Assembly (NCBI RefSeq): GCF_000143415.4
Contig: NW_003314321.1
Span: 1,182,422 to 1,246,421, forward strand
Source: Selaginella moellendorffii
Lineage: Eukaryota > Plantae > Lycopodiophyta
DNA length: 64,000 nucleotides
Direction: 5' to 3'
The notes under the pieces were generated by a model. It was given only the letters and a program-made list of their open reading frames with translations. It was not told where the DNA came from and ran no database searches. The translations under genes were made by a program, and so were the position numbers. This document shows positions 11,639 through 23,702 of this stretch, piece after piece. Each line of letters opens with the position of its first letter. Position 1 is the stretch's first letter.

Positions 11639-14065
11639 TGTTCTTTAGTCCGAATTTTATTGGTGCTCAAGTATATCACCACTGGTGTTGGCATCGAAAG
11701 GTCCTAGGAGTGGGCTTATCCTTAAGGAGTAGCAAGTCGGGAAGACATGACTCTCCATTACAGTTCATGTGGGAACTTGTAAGCGAGGTGGTGGATAGAA
11801 AAGGGCCAATAATGGAACGACTTTGGGATCTTGGGAATAGTATAAAATTTTCCTCAGAGAGTTAAGGATGTGATGTAGATGAATGTTTGACTTAGCAAAT
11901 TGGTTAATGTAATTGTGGTAAACAACTATAGTTGGGATCACGGGAAAGATAAATACTCCAAAGCAATAAAGGAGTCACAAGATTATCCTTATATAGTTGA
12001 GGTTGGTGCTCATGAATGTGAGACTAGGATTAATGACCGTGGGAGGTCAAATACGGAAGAGGACACAAGTCCTTAGAATGGTAGCTGAGGCTACCTTTAA
12101 TGGATGCTGGAATAACCTAAGGAGTTGGGGGTGTACTTAGATGATGAGTTGATATTCTCATCACATGGATAATTAGTCCTAAGGGGCAAAAGTTGCCCCC
12201 AGAGAACAAAATAAAATGTTGGAGTAACACTTGCAAAGATGGTCCTTGTGTGTAGGACACAAATACATGAAGTTGCATTCCAGTGAGCTAGCACCTCAAA
12301 ATAGGACCTTACGGGTTAGTGGATTAGCAAAGTCCAAAAATGCTAGATGACTCAAGTGGAGTCAAGGAATGGTCCTAAGGGATTGGTAAAGGCATTTGGA
12401 CTGAGGTGCGTTGTACCCCACGAAGGATGAGGGGGATTATAAGATCCAAGTATGAGAATAGTGGGTATCTCATGGATGGCAGAATGTACTATACCAAAGT
12501 CGCGGGAAAGGTGTTCCCAAAAGAGAACAACTTTGACACAAAGTTGTGTATAAATTTTATGGTGCAATGCCAATGGATAGTTGGCATGAGAAAAAACTGC
12601 ATTGGTCTTGGCAAGGACTTAAACACAAGAAAAAAGTGTCTTAAAGGTAGGCTCGTGGAGCCGATGGTGTGAAGACACCGAATGTGCCAAGGTGTGATGC
12701 TTTGAGGTTAAGTTAGCGGGTTCATAAGAACCTTTTCTTAAAAGAATCTTAATGGAAATGGGAATGGCATGGCTTAAGCTGGAAAGCATGCGGTTGGAGT
12801 GTGGTGACCCAGATAATGATGGAGGTGTGGAAGCACCAACAATGAGTTGTAGGATTTGACAACTATGAGGCAACTGAGCAAAAGGTGCAAGATAATTAAA
12901 TAAACGGGTAGAAGGTAACTACCCAAGACTTCTTAATGGCACAAGGAAGTTAGATATACCCTTACAAGGGATAAATTGCTTATGTTGCGATATAGTAAAT
13001 CAATGTCGTAAAAAGTAATGCTCATTATCAAGGAGGCCATCATTGGGATACCCAAACACTCTAGAACACCAGGAGGTGGTGTTTAGTGTCACAAGGGCAA
13101 TAGATAAGGCCCAAAAGACTAAATCCCTAGCGAATGATGGATAGAAGGTGCTATCTAAATGTCCAACATTGTGGAGACAAAAGAAGACTGTTTACCCAAA
13201 TAGGACAAAGCCAAAATGGAATTTTAGCAAGGTTAGTGATGGGCATATAAAAGCTTATAAGTAGCAATATTAATCCTGGTGTGTGGGATTATAAGGTGAG
13301 CATACCCGAATTGAGGAACCACTTCCTAGGCGATTGAATGGGTTCATCCTTATGAATATTTGCTAGGCATGGCAGAAAGCATAAAGCTATCCTTCTAGTC
13401 TGGAGGAAAATAACCGAAGGGAATATACGAGGCCAAAAGCAAGTAGTAAGGGGATAGAATTGAACCATAGGAATCGACGGGTATAATCAAGGGTAGTTAT
13501 GCAAGTTGGGAGTGGAGAATCAAGTGGGTGCTCAAACATGTTGTTGTTAGTGACTGGGATGCCATGGAGAGTCTAAAACATGGGATTGTCCATGTTAGAC
13601 CATATAACAATTGAAAAGCTTGCAAAAGGAGAGGCCTTAGTCTGCTAAGGAACAGAGTTCCTTGAAGGTTCCCCTAGGTAGATAAGTACCTAGAAATCTA
13701 AGTGTAAATGGTTTATAGAGTGTGCGAAATTAGAGTAACACAGTAGAAGCGTGGTCTTGAAATTTGCCAAGAGGCAAGGTTATCAAGGTTAGGGAAGTAG
13801 TTCCCGAGTGTTCAAAGAGAGGGTTTTGAACAAAAGTTGATGGTTAAGGACTTTCATGTTTATGCATAAACCATGTTACAGTAGTTGGATGACTTGTTAA
13901 GGGAAATTAACAAGTTGGGGGAACCAATACCCTAGTTGAAGGAGCCAATTTCAAAGGGGTGGTCCATGGGGCCAAGCATGGAGGAGTCCATGCATGATCA
14001 CAGACTTGTCAAGCGAGAGGACTTGGCAGTGCAAAAGAACTAGGTTCCTAAGTTGTGATCTGTAG

Positions 14066-14244
14066 CGCACTTTAACTATAAGTTAGTGCACTAGCGTGGG
14101 GAGTAACGCCAGGCATCTTGGATGATGCCTTCCGTAGATGCATATACGGAGGTTGGGTTCGAGTCCCAACCCTCTAGTGCTTGGGTTTGAGTCTCAACTC
14201 ACTAGGGTGTGGTGATAGTTTAAAATATGAGGACACTCATTTTT
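14066..14244 (+). ncRNA. Structured cis RNA element with T-loop hairpin(s), homologous to 33490-33700
   Basis: Hairpins aggcatc/gatgcct, ccgta/tacgg, ggttggg-TTCGAGT-cccaacc, ctctagtg/cactaggg and atgag-GACA-ctcat occur in the same order as in the chromovirus 3' UTR. Confidence 0.7.
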
Positions 14245-17200
14245 CAGTGGTCATGGACTCTCAGTAAGGAGATTCGCTTAGGTACACCACCAAACGAGGG
14301 ATGCCCTGGAGTTGTGATGCACGGTTAAATTGTTTAGTGTGGCTCAACATATCTAACTTGAACACTTTGGTGTGAGTGGCACCAAGGATGTTGTGAATGA
14401 GATGGAGACACCTAGTCTTAGTTGCTATGGACCCTTAGCCGGAAGGGCTGGCTTGGGTGCACTGCCAAGTGTGGGGGATGCCCTTGGGGTCATAGTGAAC
14501 AACTTAAAAATCTGGAGGACTTAGTATCTATTGGCAAGCCTGTTATAGATCACAAGGTGATCTTATGGCCAAAAACAAGAACAAGATCTTTATGAGGTAA
14601 AAGGGATAAAATTCCTAATTTAAAGTGTTGATTTGAACTATAATGATGGTGTGGCTTGGTCAAGGTGACCAAGTGGGAAGAACACCTAAGGGAAATGATC
14701 TGTGACAATGCAATGGTATAGGGAGTCCAAAGAAAGTAGTCTCTATAAGAGACCTATGGGAAGGTCCCAAAGTTAGGCCAGGGATAGAGCCCACAGTAGA
14801 AAATGCTAAAGAGACGTACTAGGGGTGAACACCTTCTAGACTTGGCAAAGCAAAGTCTTTGCTATGGAATTGAAATGATACCTCGAGAATGGAGGTAGAG
14901 ATCCAATATTGCTAGGTGCAACAATCAAGGATAGGAGCAAAAGACTAATGGCTAAGAAAAGAGCCACGGGAATCATGGGAAATAATCCAAAAGGGCGAAG
15001 TTAGGCCAAGAACACTAATGTGTTGAGCACTAACGAATTGTGGGAAAGGCAATGTGTTTCCAAAGATGGATTCCCAATTGCTCCGATTTGGTAAAAGCAG
15101 AAGCTCCAATGCAGGGAGCGGTAAGGTAGCCAAATAATAGGGCTATGGACAGCCTTAGCAATAATTATGATAATTGGAACTTAGTGCCCAAGATGGCACG
15201 AAATAGAAGAAAGGATGATAGTGCCCTCAAGTAGAGAATTTCCTAGGATGGGGAAGTGGAGTTGCACAATATGTGCAATGCAAGGTGTCGGAGACACCTA
15301 GGAAATTGACTGCAAGAAGTCAAAAGTAAAAGTTCCAAAGTGCAAAGGTTATATTGATGGAAATTAAGACTACTCGAGAAGGAGTAGTGGGATTGAGATA
15401 GAGACGGTGTCTCTAACAGGTTTAGCGAGAACTAAACCAATAAAAGGAGAGAACCACCACAAGTGGCCCAATTAGTTTCTAAGTTGGAGAGACTATCCTC
15501 CTTAGAGGATGGGCAAGGCATGGTGAGCCTTCAGTATTAAACCATTAATGAATATTGGCGAGGTGCCAAAAATGGAAAGGGTAATATATGTTAGTAATAC
15601 TTTATAAAATAGTTTATCGTTCGATGAAGACATCGAACTTTGTCTATGGGTGGTGGAGTTGTGAGACACAAAATCCATAGGCCCCAAAGTGGAGCCGAAA
15701 GGGTGCCATGTGGTAGTGGCCAAAGCGAAAGCCAAACGAACGTAACACGTTTGGATTAAAAGCTTCGACTTGAAGGGTTGAGAGCGGGAGTGGAACTCCC
15801 AATAAGGGCTCGAGGAACGAGCACGAAGCGAGCAATAAGCAAAGCTCTAAAAAGGGACCCAAAAGGACCAACACATGACACGTGGAAGTGTTCGAGATAG
15901 AGTCTGAGATGGAGTCTAAGATGGAGTCCAAGATGGACCCGAGATGGAGTCTGAGATGGACCCGAGATGGAGTCCGAGATGGACTGAGATGGAGTCCGAT
16001 ATGGACCTGAGTTAGAGTCTGAGATGGACCTGAGATGGAATCCGAGATGGAGTCCGAGATGGACCTGAGATGGAGTCCGAGATGGACCCGAGATGGAGTC
16101 TGAGATGGAGTCCGAGATGGAACCGAAACTGAAACCGAGACCGAGACCGAGTCTGAGTCCGAAACCGGGATCGAGACCGAGTCCGAGTCTGAATACTAAT
16201 ATAGGCAATTAGGTGAAATCCCAAAGCAATCGTCCCCCGGGGGGGCTGCAGGGGGTTCCAAAAGTATAGTAGGGAGAGTGTGGGGGTTGGAGCTTAGTGG
16301 AGCCAATTTGGCCAGGAAAGGCCAGTTTGGCCCAGGAAGGCCATACCCAGTGTTGGGTGATGAGTTGACCACTGGGAAGTCCAAAACTAGAGTGAATACA
16401 GACTGATAAGTGGGGTAGCTTGGTGAAGTGTTCAAGAGCCAGCTCTAGTTCCCCCGGGAAATCAAATGGTCGATGCTCCTAGTCCAAGTGTGGGTGGCAC
16501 TACCTACTTGGATACCTGGCGTGGCTCAATGGAACCTCGCTCTAAGCCCATGGCTAAAGCACCCAAAGGTGGAAGGCGGGGAGAGTACCCATGAGGCTCG
16601 TGTAGGGCCATGGTGTTCTAAAATGTTATCCCAAAGGCCCAAACGGTGGAAAGGAAGAGGAGTACCACCCCCGAACTACCTCAAAGCTCCACTATGCTGC
16701 CATAAGCCTTAAAATAGGTTAAGTTCTTTACCTTAACATGCCTTAAGATACCCTTGAGCTTCCTATAAACGACTAAATTTTCCATTATACTTTAGTCACT
16801 TAACCACACCTCTGACCATTTGGAAGAGTCTCACTCACAACCTCCATAAGTTCTATTTTGGATTTAGGGACTTGTTAGCCCCAAGAATGGCATCCAAGCC
16901 ACTCAACCATCGCACTTGGTCCAAGTGCTCCACGTGTCCAATCCCATGACCGACACCCCAAGGTACCATCGACATATCAACCTATTACGCTAAGGCCATG
17001 CCCATTCACCTTGGTCACACCGGTGGTTTGACACCACCTACATCACAATCCTGTCTCTCAAAGACTAGGCCATCTGTCCATGAGTGATCATCCTAGTCCT
17101 CTAGTGTAGTGACCAAGGATACAGTTGTGTGGTGAGGAAGTCCCATAGGACCATGGGACTTAGTGATCGGGCCTGTGGGCCTCGATCCAGTGGCAGTGTT

Positions 17201-17334
17201 AGCGAACACGGCCATGGGCAAAAAAGGACATGGTGGGGACTGGAAAAGGGATATTGGGGAAGGCTATTCCCCATGTCTACGGGCATCCTAAGGATTGGGT
17301 GGTGAGGTAGCGTAATGTAATTTCGGGAGACTAG

Positions 17335-17785
17335 TGTGAGACACAAAATCCCTAGGCCCCAAAGTGGAGCCGGAAGGGCGCCACGTGGTAGTGGCCGAAA
17401 CAAAAGCCAAACGAGTGTAACACATTTGGACTAGAAGCTCCGCCTTGAAAGGTCGAGAGCGGGAGTGGAACTCCCAACAAAGTGCTCGAGGAATGAGCAC
17501 GAAGCGAGAAATAAGCAAGGCTCTAAAAAGGGACTCAAAAGGACCAACACATGACATGTGGAAGTGTTCGAGATGAAGTTTGAGATGGACCGAGACGGAG
17601 TCCGAGATGGAGTCCGAGATGGACCTGAGATGGAGTCCGAGATGAAGTCCGAGATGGACCGAGACGGAGTCCAAGATGGAGTCTGAGATGGAATCCGAGA
17701 TGGAGTCCGAGAAGGAGCCGAGATGGAGTCCGAGGTCATGACTGAGACCGGGACCGAGACCGAGACCGAGACCAAGACCGAGACT

Positions 17786-17819
<34 letters not shown>

Positions 17820-18930
17820 TCGGGACCGAGACCGAGACCGAGGCCAAGGCCGAGACCAAGCCCGAGCCCAAGTCCGAGTCCGAGTCCGAGTCTGAGTCCA
17901 AGTCTGAGTCCGAGTCTGAGTCTGAGTTCGAGTTAGAGTCTGAGAGGGTGAAAGCCCAAAGCGTTCGTCTCCCAGACCCTAGGGGGTTTGGTGAGCTCTA
18001 AAAGTATAGTAAGGGGGAGGATTGTAGTGGAGCCAGTTTGGCTAGGAAAGGCCAGTTTGGCCCAGGAAGGCTGTACCTAGTGTTGGGTGATGAGCTGCCC
18101 ACTGGGAAGTCCAAGATTAGAGTGAACACAGACCGACAAGCGGGGTAGCTTAGTGAAGTGTTCAAGTGCCGGCTTTAGTTCCCCCGGGAGATCAACTGGC
18201 CAATGCTCATAATCCAAGTGTGGGTGGCACTACCTACTTGGATACTAGGCGTGGCTCAACGGAACCTCGCTCTCAGCCCATGGCTAGAGCACCCAAAGGC
18301 GGAAGGCGGGGAGAGTACCCACGAGGCTTGCGTAAGGCCACGGTGTTCCGAAATGTTGTCCCGAAGGCCTAGACTGTGGAAAGGAAGAGGAGTAGTCCTC
18401 TGGTGTAGTGACCAAGGATACAGTCGTGTGGTGAGGAAGTCCCAGAGGACCGTGGGACTTAGTGGTTGGGCCTGTAGGCCTTGATCCAGTGGCAGTGTTG
18501 GCGAACTCGGCCAAGGACAGAAAGGGACTTGGTGGGGACCAGAAAGGAGATATTGGGGAAGGCTATTCCCCATGTCTGCGGGCATCCTAAGGATGCTAAG
18601 GAGTGGATCTGGGATGACCACTCATGGACGGATGGCCCAGTCTTGGAGAGACGGGATTGCAATGCAGGTGGTGTTGGACCACTGATGTAACCAAGGTGAT
18701 AGGGCATGGCCTAGCGTAATAGGCTGGTATGTTGGTGGTGCCTTGGGGTGTCGGTCATGGGACCAAACACCTGGAGCACTTGGACCAAGTGCAAAGGTTG
18801 AGTGGCATGGATGCTATTCTTGGGGCTAGCAAGCCCCAAGTCCTTATGGAGGTTGTGAATGAGACTCCTCTAAGTGGTCGGAGGTGTGGTTAAGTGACTA
18901 AAGTAGAATAGAAAAAATTAATCGCTTACA
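17335..18930 (+). mobile_element. Solo LTR, same family as 9624-11623
   Basis: TGTGAG...CTTACA flanked by 5-bp TSD ACTAG (17330-17334 and 18931-18935). Confidence 0.93.
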
Positions 18931-18966
18931 ACTAGAACTTTGTTTTTATGCACCAAATCATAGTAT

Positions 18967-21196
18967 TGGTATTAGAAGAGTTGGTTGCAATGGCTAACTA
19001 TGTTGAACACTAGAATCCTATTGTAGATGGTGGTGCCGATGATGGTGCTAATGGAGCTGCAAAAGTTTAAACCATTCAAGATGTTATTCATAAGCTATAA
19101 ACCGAGATACATGGCATGATGGATGCCATGTGTGAGCTGTTAAGACACTCGAGGTTGAATGTGATGGTGCTCCAAGTAAGCCTTTCTTGGTAGATCAACT
19201 CAAAATTCCAACCTTTTTTTAATTTGGTTAGCTAATGTGAAGAAGTTCTTGATTGTTAGAGGAATTCCAGATGTAGAGGCTTTAGTGATTATTCCAATGG
19301 TCTTATATGATGTGGGTCTTTGGTGGTGGAATTGGCTTGAGGAGTTTCATATTACGGATAAAAAACCAATAATGTTTACTATAGATAAGTTTAAGGTTGC
19401 TTTTCATTTATGTTTTGCCCCTCACTACAACATGGAGAATGCTCACACAAAACTTTGACATTTCTAGCAAGGGAAAATGACACTTGGGAACTATATTGAG
19501 AAGTTTACTCACTTAATTAGCCATGTTCCAATGAAGGATCTAGATTAGAACAAGTCTTATGGATAGTGAGAGCATTGGGCAACACTTGCATCATTTTCAG
19601 ATTACAAAGAGTTTGGAAAAGCTCTTTAATGCGGTTTGTCGACTCGACAATGACAAGCACATCACAAGTGTTTAAGGAGTCCTTCTATCAAAAATTGTCA
19701 TAATGATTGCTATGAACACAAGGATGGGAATAGGCATCATAAACTAAAATTTGTAGTGGCTACTTTAGATGCAAAAGGGTCAAAGAAGTAGAAGTTTTTT
19801 GTGAAGAATTATAGATTCATCATTGCAGAGATTAGACACTATAAAATTGATTGTCTACAATTGAAGAACAAGTAGCAGAGCAAAAAGAATGGCCAATCTT
19901 CTATTGATGGTAAATTAAATACTAAAAAGTTACAAAATTTACAGCGTGAGGATGATGGGGATGACCATTCCGGTCGGAGGAAAAAGCTTTCGATTGTTTC
20001 TCATCAACTCAACTATGTATAGAACATGGAATTTGAGGACACTCGTGAATCAGCTTTAATGCTGGAGGGTGTGTTCTATGGCAGTCTAGTGTGGATTTTA
20101 CTATATAGTGGGAGTGATGACAACTTTATTTTAGTAAAGTTTATTGAGGAGTATGGCCTAGTGATATAAAGAGTTCTTCCATACATAGTGGAAGGTGCAA
20201 CTAACTTCAACATTTCGATGCTTGTGTAAAGGGGTTAGAAGTGTTAGTTGGCAAAACCACACTTATGAAAACTTTTTATCTCATAGATATCCATTATGTA
20301 AATCTCATTTTTGGGATGCTATGGTTGGTGAAAGTGGATCCAAAGATAAAGTGGAGTATTAAATTTATTTAGCTGAAGTATGGTGGCATTAAAGATGTGT
20401 GGTTTGGAGAGGGAGTTTAACCTCCAATTGTTATGCTCTCCACTATATCTTTAAAGCTAGTTTGTCGTAATGGAAAAATACTTTTCAGTTACTTGTTGTT
20501 TATTTGTGACTTTGGGACCAAGGTATGTGTGGGAAAGAAGCAACAATATGGGATATACTTGAAGAGTTTGTTGATAGTTTTCCATTTGAACTTCCTTAGA
20601 GATTGCCTCCATTACAAGGTTTAGAGCATGAGATTATGTTGGAGCTAGGGATGCAATCAATTTACTAGAGTCCATTGCAGTTAAGTTATGCAGAGGAGCA
20701 AGAAGTTCAACAACAAATCAAAGAATTACTTAAGTTTAGATTTATTTAGCCAAAGTAAGTCTTTAGTTAGTGTTCTGGCCTTGCTTGTGAAGAAGAAAGA
20801 TGGTTCAATGAAGATGTGTATTGACTACTATGCCTTGAACAAGAAGACATTGAAGGATAAAATGTTGATGCTACATATGAATGATATCTTAAACAAGCTT
20901 AGTGAAGCACGAGTATTTACCAAAATGGATCTGAGGACTGAATATATCAAATTGCAATGGATGATGCATCTAATTCCAAGATGTCATTTAACATAAGAAA
21001 GCTTTAGGCATTTTGAGTTTATAGTTATGCCATTTTGTTTGATGAATGCACCAACCACATTTACTCGATTGATCATGGAGGTACTTAGGCATTATCTTCA
21101 TGAGTTAATGAAAATTTTCTTGGATGATATTCTTGTTTTCAGCAAGAATATGGAGTAGCATAAAGTGCATTTGTGCAAGATTCTTTTTTTACTATA
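18967..21196 (+). mobile_element. Degenerate Ty3/Gypsy gag-PR-RT, truncated
   Basis: PBS-like tggtattagaag at ~18967. Gag-like ORF 19237-19458. Protease-like SGSDDNF at ~20105. RT motifs [16 protein letters not shown] and FLDDIL. Confidence 0.82.
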
Positions 21197-21749
21197 TGTT
21201 GGGGGTTGCCAAATGTATAGTAGGGATAGTGAGTAGGTCAGGCATGATTGATCAACTTGAGGCATAGTCTAGCTCCTACTTGCGTGTCTGTCTTTGTTCT
21301 ATATCCAGTTTGGGTCTAAGCCCAAGTTCCATACCATGTTAGTTGGTGAAGTATCCATATCTTTGTGTTAGGCCACCGGTATGCTGAAATAGCATTAAAC
21401 TCTGTTTGGCTTTATTTTGTGTGTTAATTTTGGCATTGGGATATTGGATGTTGTAGAACTGTTCCATATCACTCCGTGCTTTTGTCCCTTTGCTCCTTGG
21501 GTTGAACACTCGAGAGTTGCTCTGTGCTCAAGTTCCTTCGCTCTTTGGCTCCATATTTGGGAGTTTGGCTTTGTTCCTTTGTTTAGTGGCCTAAGACCTT
21601 AAAACTTGAGTTCTACACCACTATCCTTTAAACACATGATATGTGGCATATGGCATGTGACACATGGCATATAGAGGGTTTAGGTTCCACTTCATGGTTA
21701 TTCTATAGTAAATCATCATAGGATAAAGGTGAAAACTATATGTGTTATA
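21197..21749 (+). mobile_element. LTR (~550 bp) followed by PBS-like tggtactagag; family also at 31001-31351 and 56906-57337 in the opposite orientation
   Basis: Reverse-complement similarity to 56906-57337. Starts TGTTG. PBS-like motif at 21752-21762. Confidence 0.7.
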
Positions 21750-22792
21750 TTTGGTACTAGAGGATACGTCTCGGCAAGTATTATCCAATGAGATTGGGCA
21801 ACAAATCTTGTTGCATATGTAGAGATGAAAATGATGATCTAAGTGCGTACATGTTTGGGTCCTAAGACTTCACATTCATTCCTTAGGTATGGGTTTGGTT
21901 AACTTTTTGTACCATACTATGTGAGCTTGCTCTTGGGCTCATAAGAAGGATTGAGTTGTTCCGTTTGCACGAGTTTGCGCTTGGGCTTGTGAGTGAGGCA
22001 TATTAGCAACTCAAGGTTACACCTTAAGTTGATAGGATTAATATTAGCCTATCGAGGGTTACCATGAGTGGTTCCATGTATTATGGGTAAAAGTAAACCT
22101 CCCCTAGGTTTGCTATGAGTGAAAAATAAGCTGGTTTGTAGCTATTTAGCACAGCACTAATGGATCCTTCCTAGACATGATTCTAAGTGGATCCTAAGTG
22201 TAGGGAATAGTCTATTGGTTCAAGTAGTCATTGCTATGCTCTCTCATAAACTTTTCTTGGATTAGACTGAAGGCAGTGCAAAAGCAAGTTTGAGGTTTAG
22301 TCAAAGATAAGACCGAAAAGAGAGTCCTCAGAAATGAAGAATCAAACACAAAGCTCTATTTCGTTAAAGTGGGAATTGTCATTATCCCACTTGTAAAATA
22401 AGGTTTCCAAACCTTTATATAGTATATAAATATAACAAAATTCAACTGTATTGAGGCACATGCCATTTTATTTTAAACAAGGAAATGTCTACTCAATCAT
22501 TTCTCCTCCCCCTGCCACTGCTTCACCTCTCTCTTCTCCTTGTCATCGTCGTCCAATTTCTTTCCATCCTTTTAATATTGGCTCAGTTGCTCCGAGTCTA
22601 GGTGGAGCCCAAGTCCCCATTCAATCTTTACTTTCCCCTTATTAATAAAACAACTTCGTAGACTTCCAATAACATGCTGTAACACTTCTAGTATAATGCA
22701 AATCCTCTCAAAGAATTGTCTTTTAATATTAATACAATGGCATGGAACCCCATGCCATAATAAGTTACATTTTTAAATAAATACATGCCATC

Positions 22793-23655
22793 TCAGACTG
22801 TTATTTTTTGCCTCCAACGCCTATACAATAATCTTGGAATTTCATCACTCTCCACACTATCAGGATTTAAACCCAATAGTAATGCCATCTCTTCTCTAAT
22901 ACGTCCACGCTCATGTTCAGTGGTCGAAGAACCCATCCGGTTGAGCAGATTATGGAGATGCGGATAGTGCTTGGCTAGACAATATACATGCCATAAATGA
23001 TGACTGGTGTCTATCCGATCAAATGGCTTCTGATATACCGTTCCATCTGCCATTTGGTTGATTTCTGCAGCCACCTCCTGGACTGGCCGGTTCTCTATCA
23101 CCATCGCTTCAAGCCGTTTTGCAAGGTCCCCCAGAACATACGGTTTCTTCTCCCTAGTTTCCATACTGCAAGAGATGGGGTGCACTGCATATGTGTGCGT
23201 GTTCGCTGCAGTTTTAATCGGCGAGTCATCGATGATGAGGATTTCACTTGACCTAGTAGTCCGGTTCATCACTACAGCCTCTGGCTTGACGAAGATGGGC
23301 TTGCTACCCCTCACATGGACCATAGTCAAGCAATCCTCCTGCGTTAGGAGAAAGTCAAATGGTAATATTACTCGCGTCTGATCGTGCATCATCTGTAGCA
23401 ACGTTAATGCATTGTGGCGCATCATGGATGTCCAAACTCCCAATTGCAAATTGAACCCGGCCCTCTGTTTTAAGTGTCGCATGGTCATTATTAGATCCCG
23501 CAGTTTCTCCCATGTGATTAATGTGAATCTGTCTCTTTTGACCAACTTGCGACCGCAGGCTTTGGAGGGTGCAGTGACATTCGAGGACGAGCCACGCTCA
23601 TGGGAGAAAAGGACACCGTTCAGATCAAAAACGATACAGTACTTTCGCCGTGACT
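22793..23655 (-). CDS. FCP1/NIF-type HAD phosphatase-like domain; last exon of the transposon's long minus-strand gene
   Basis: Motifs CIVFDLNGVL, GVWTSM, LLTQEDC, KPIFVKP and ILIIDDSPIK. A 47-nt GT..CTGAC..AG intron (23702-23656) joins it in frame to the upstream region. Confidence 0.8.
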
Positions 23656-23702
23656 CTAAAATGAAATGCGTCAGCATAAAAAATGGTACAAGTCAATTTT
23701 AC

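Larger units (their letters stand above)
9624..17295 (+). mobile_element. LTR retrotransposon, non-coding or decayed internal region (LARD-like); 5' LTR 9624-11623, rearranged 3' LTR 15660-17295
   Basis: Both LTRs start TGTGAGACACAAAATCC. The 5' LTR ends ...CTTACA and is followed by a PBS. PPT ggggtggtggagt precedes 15660. No long ORF in 11639-15659. Confidence 0.85.
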
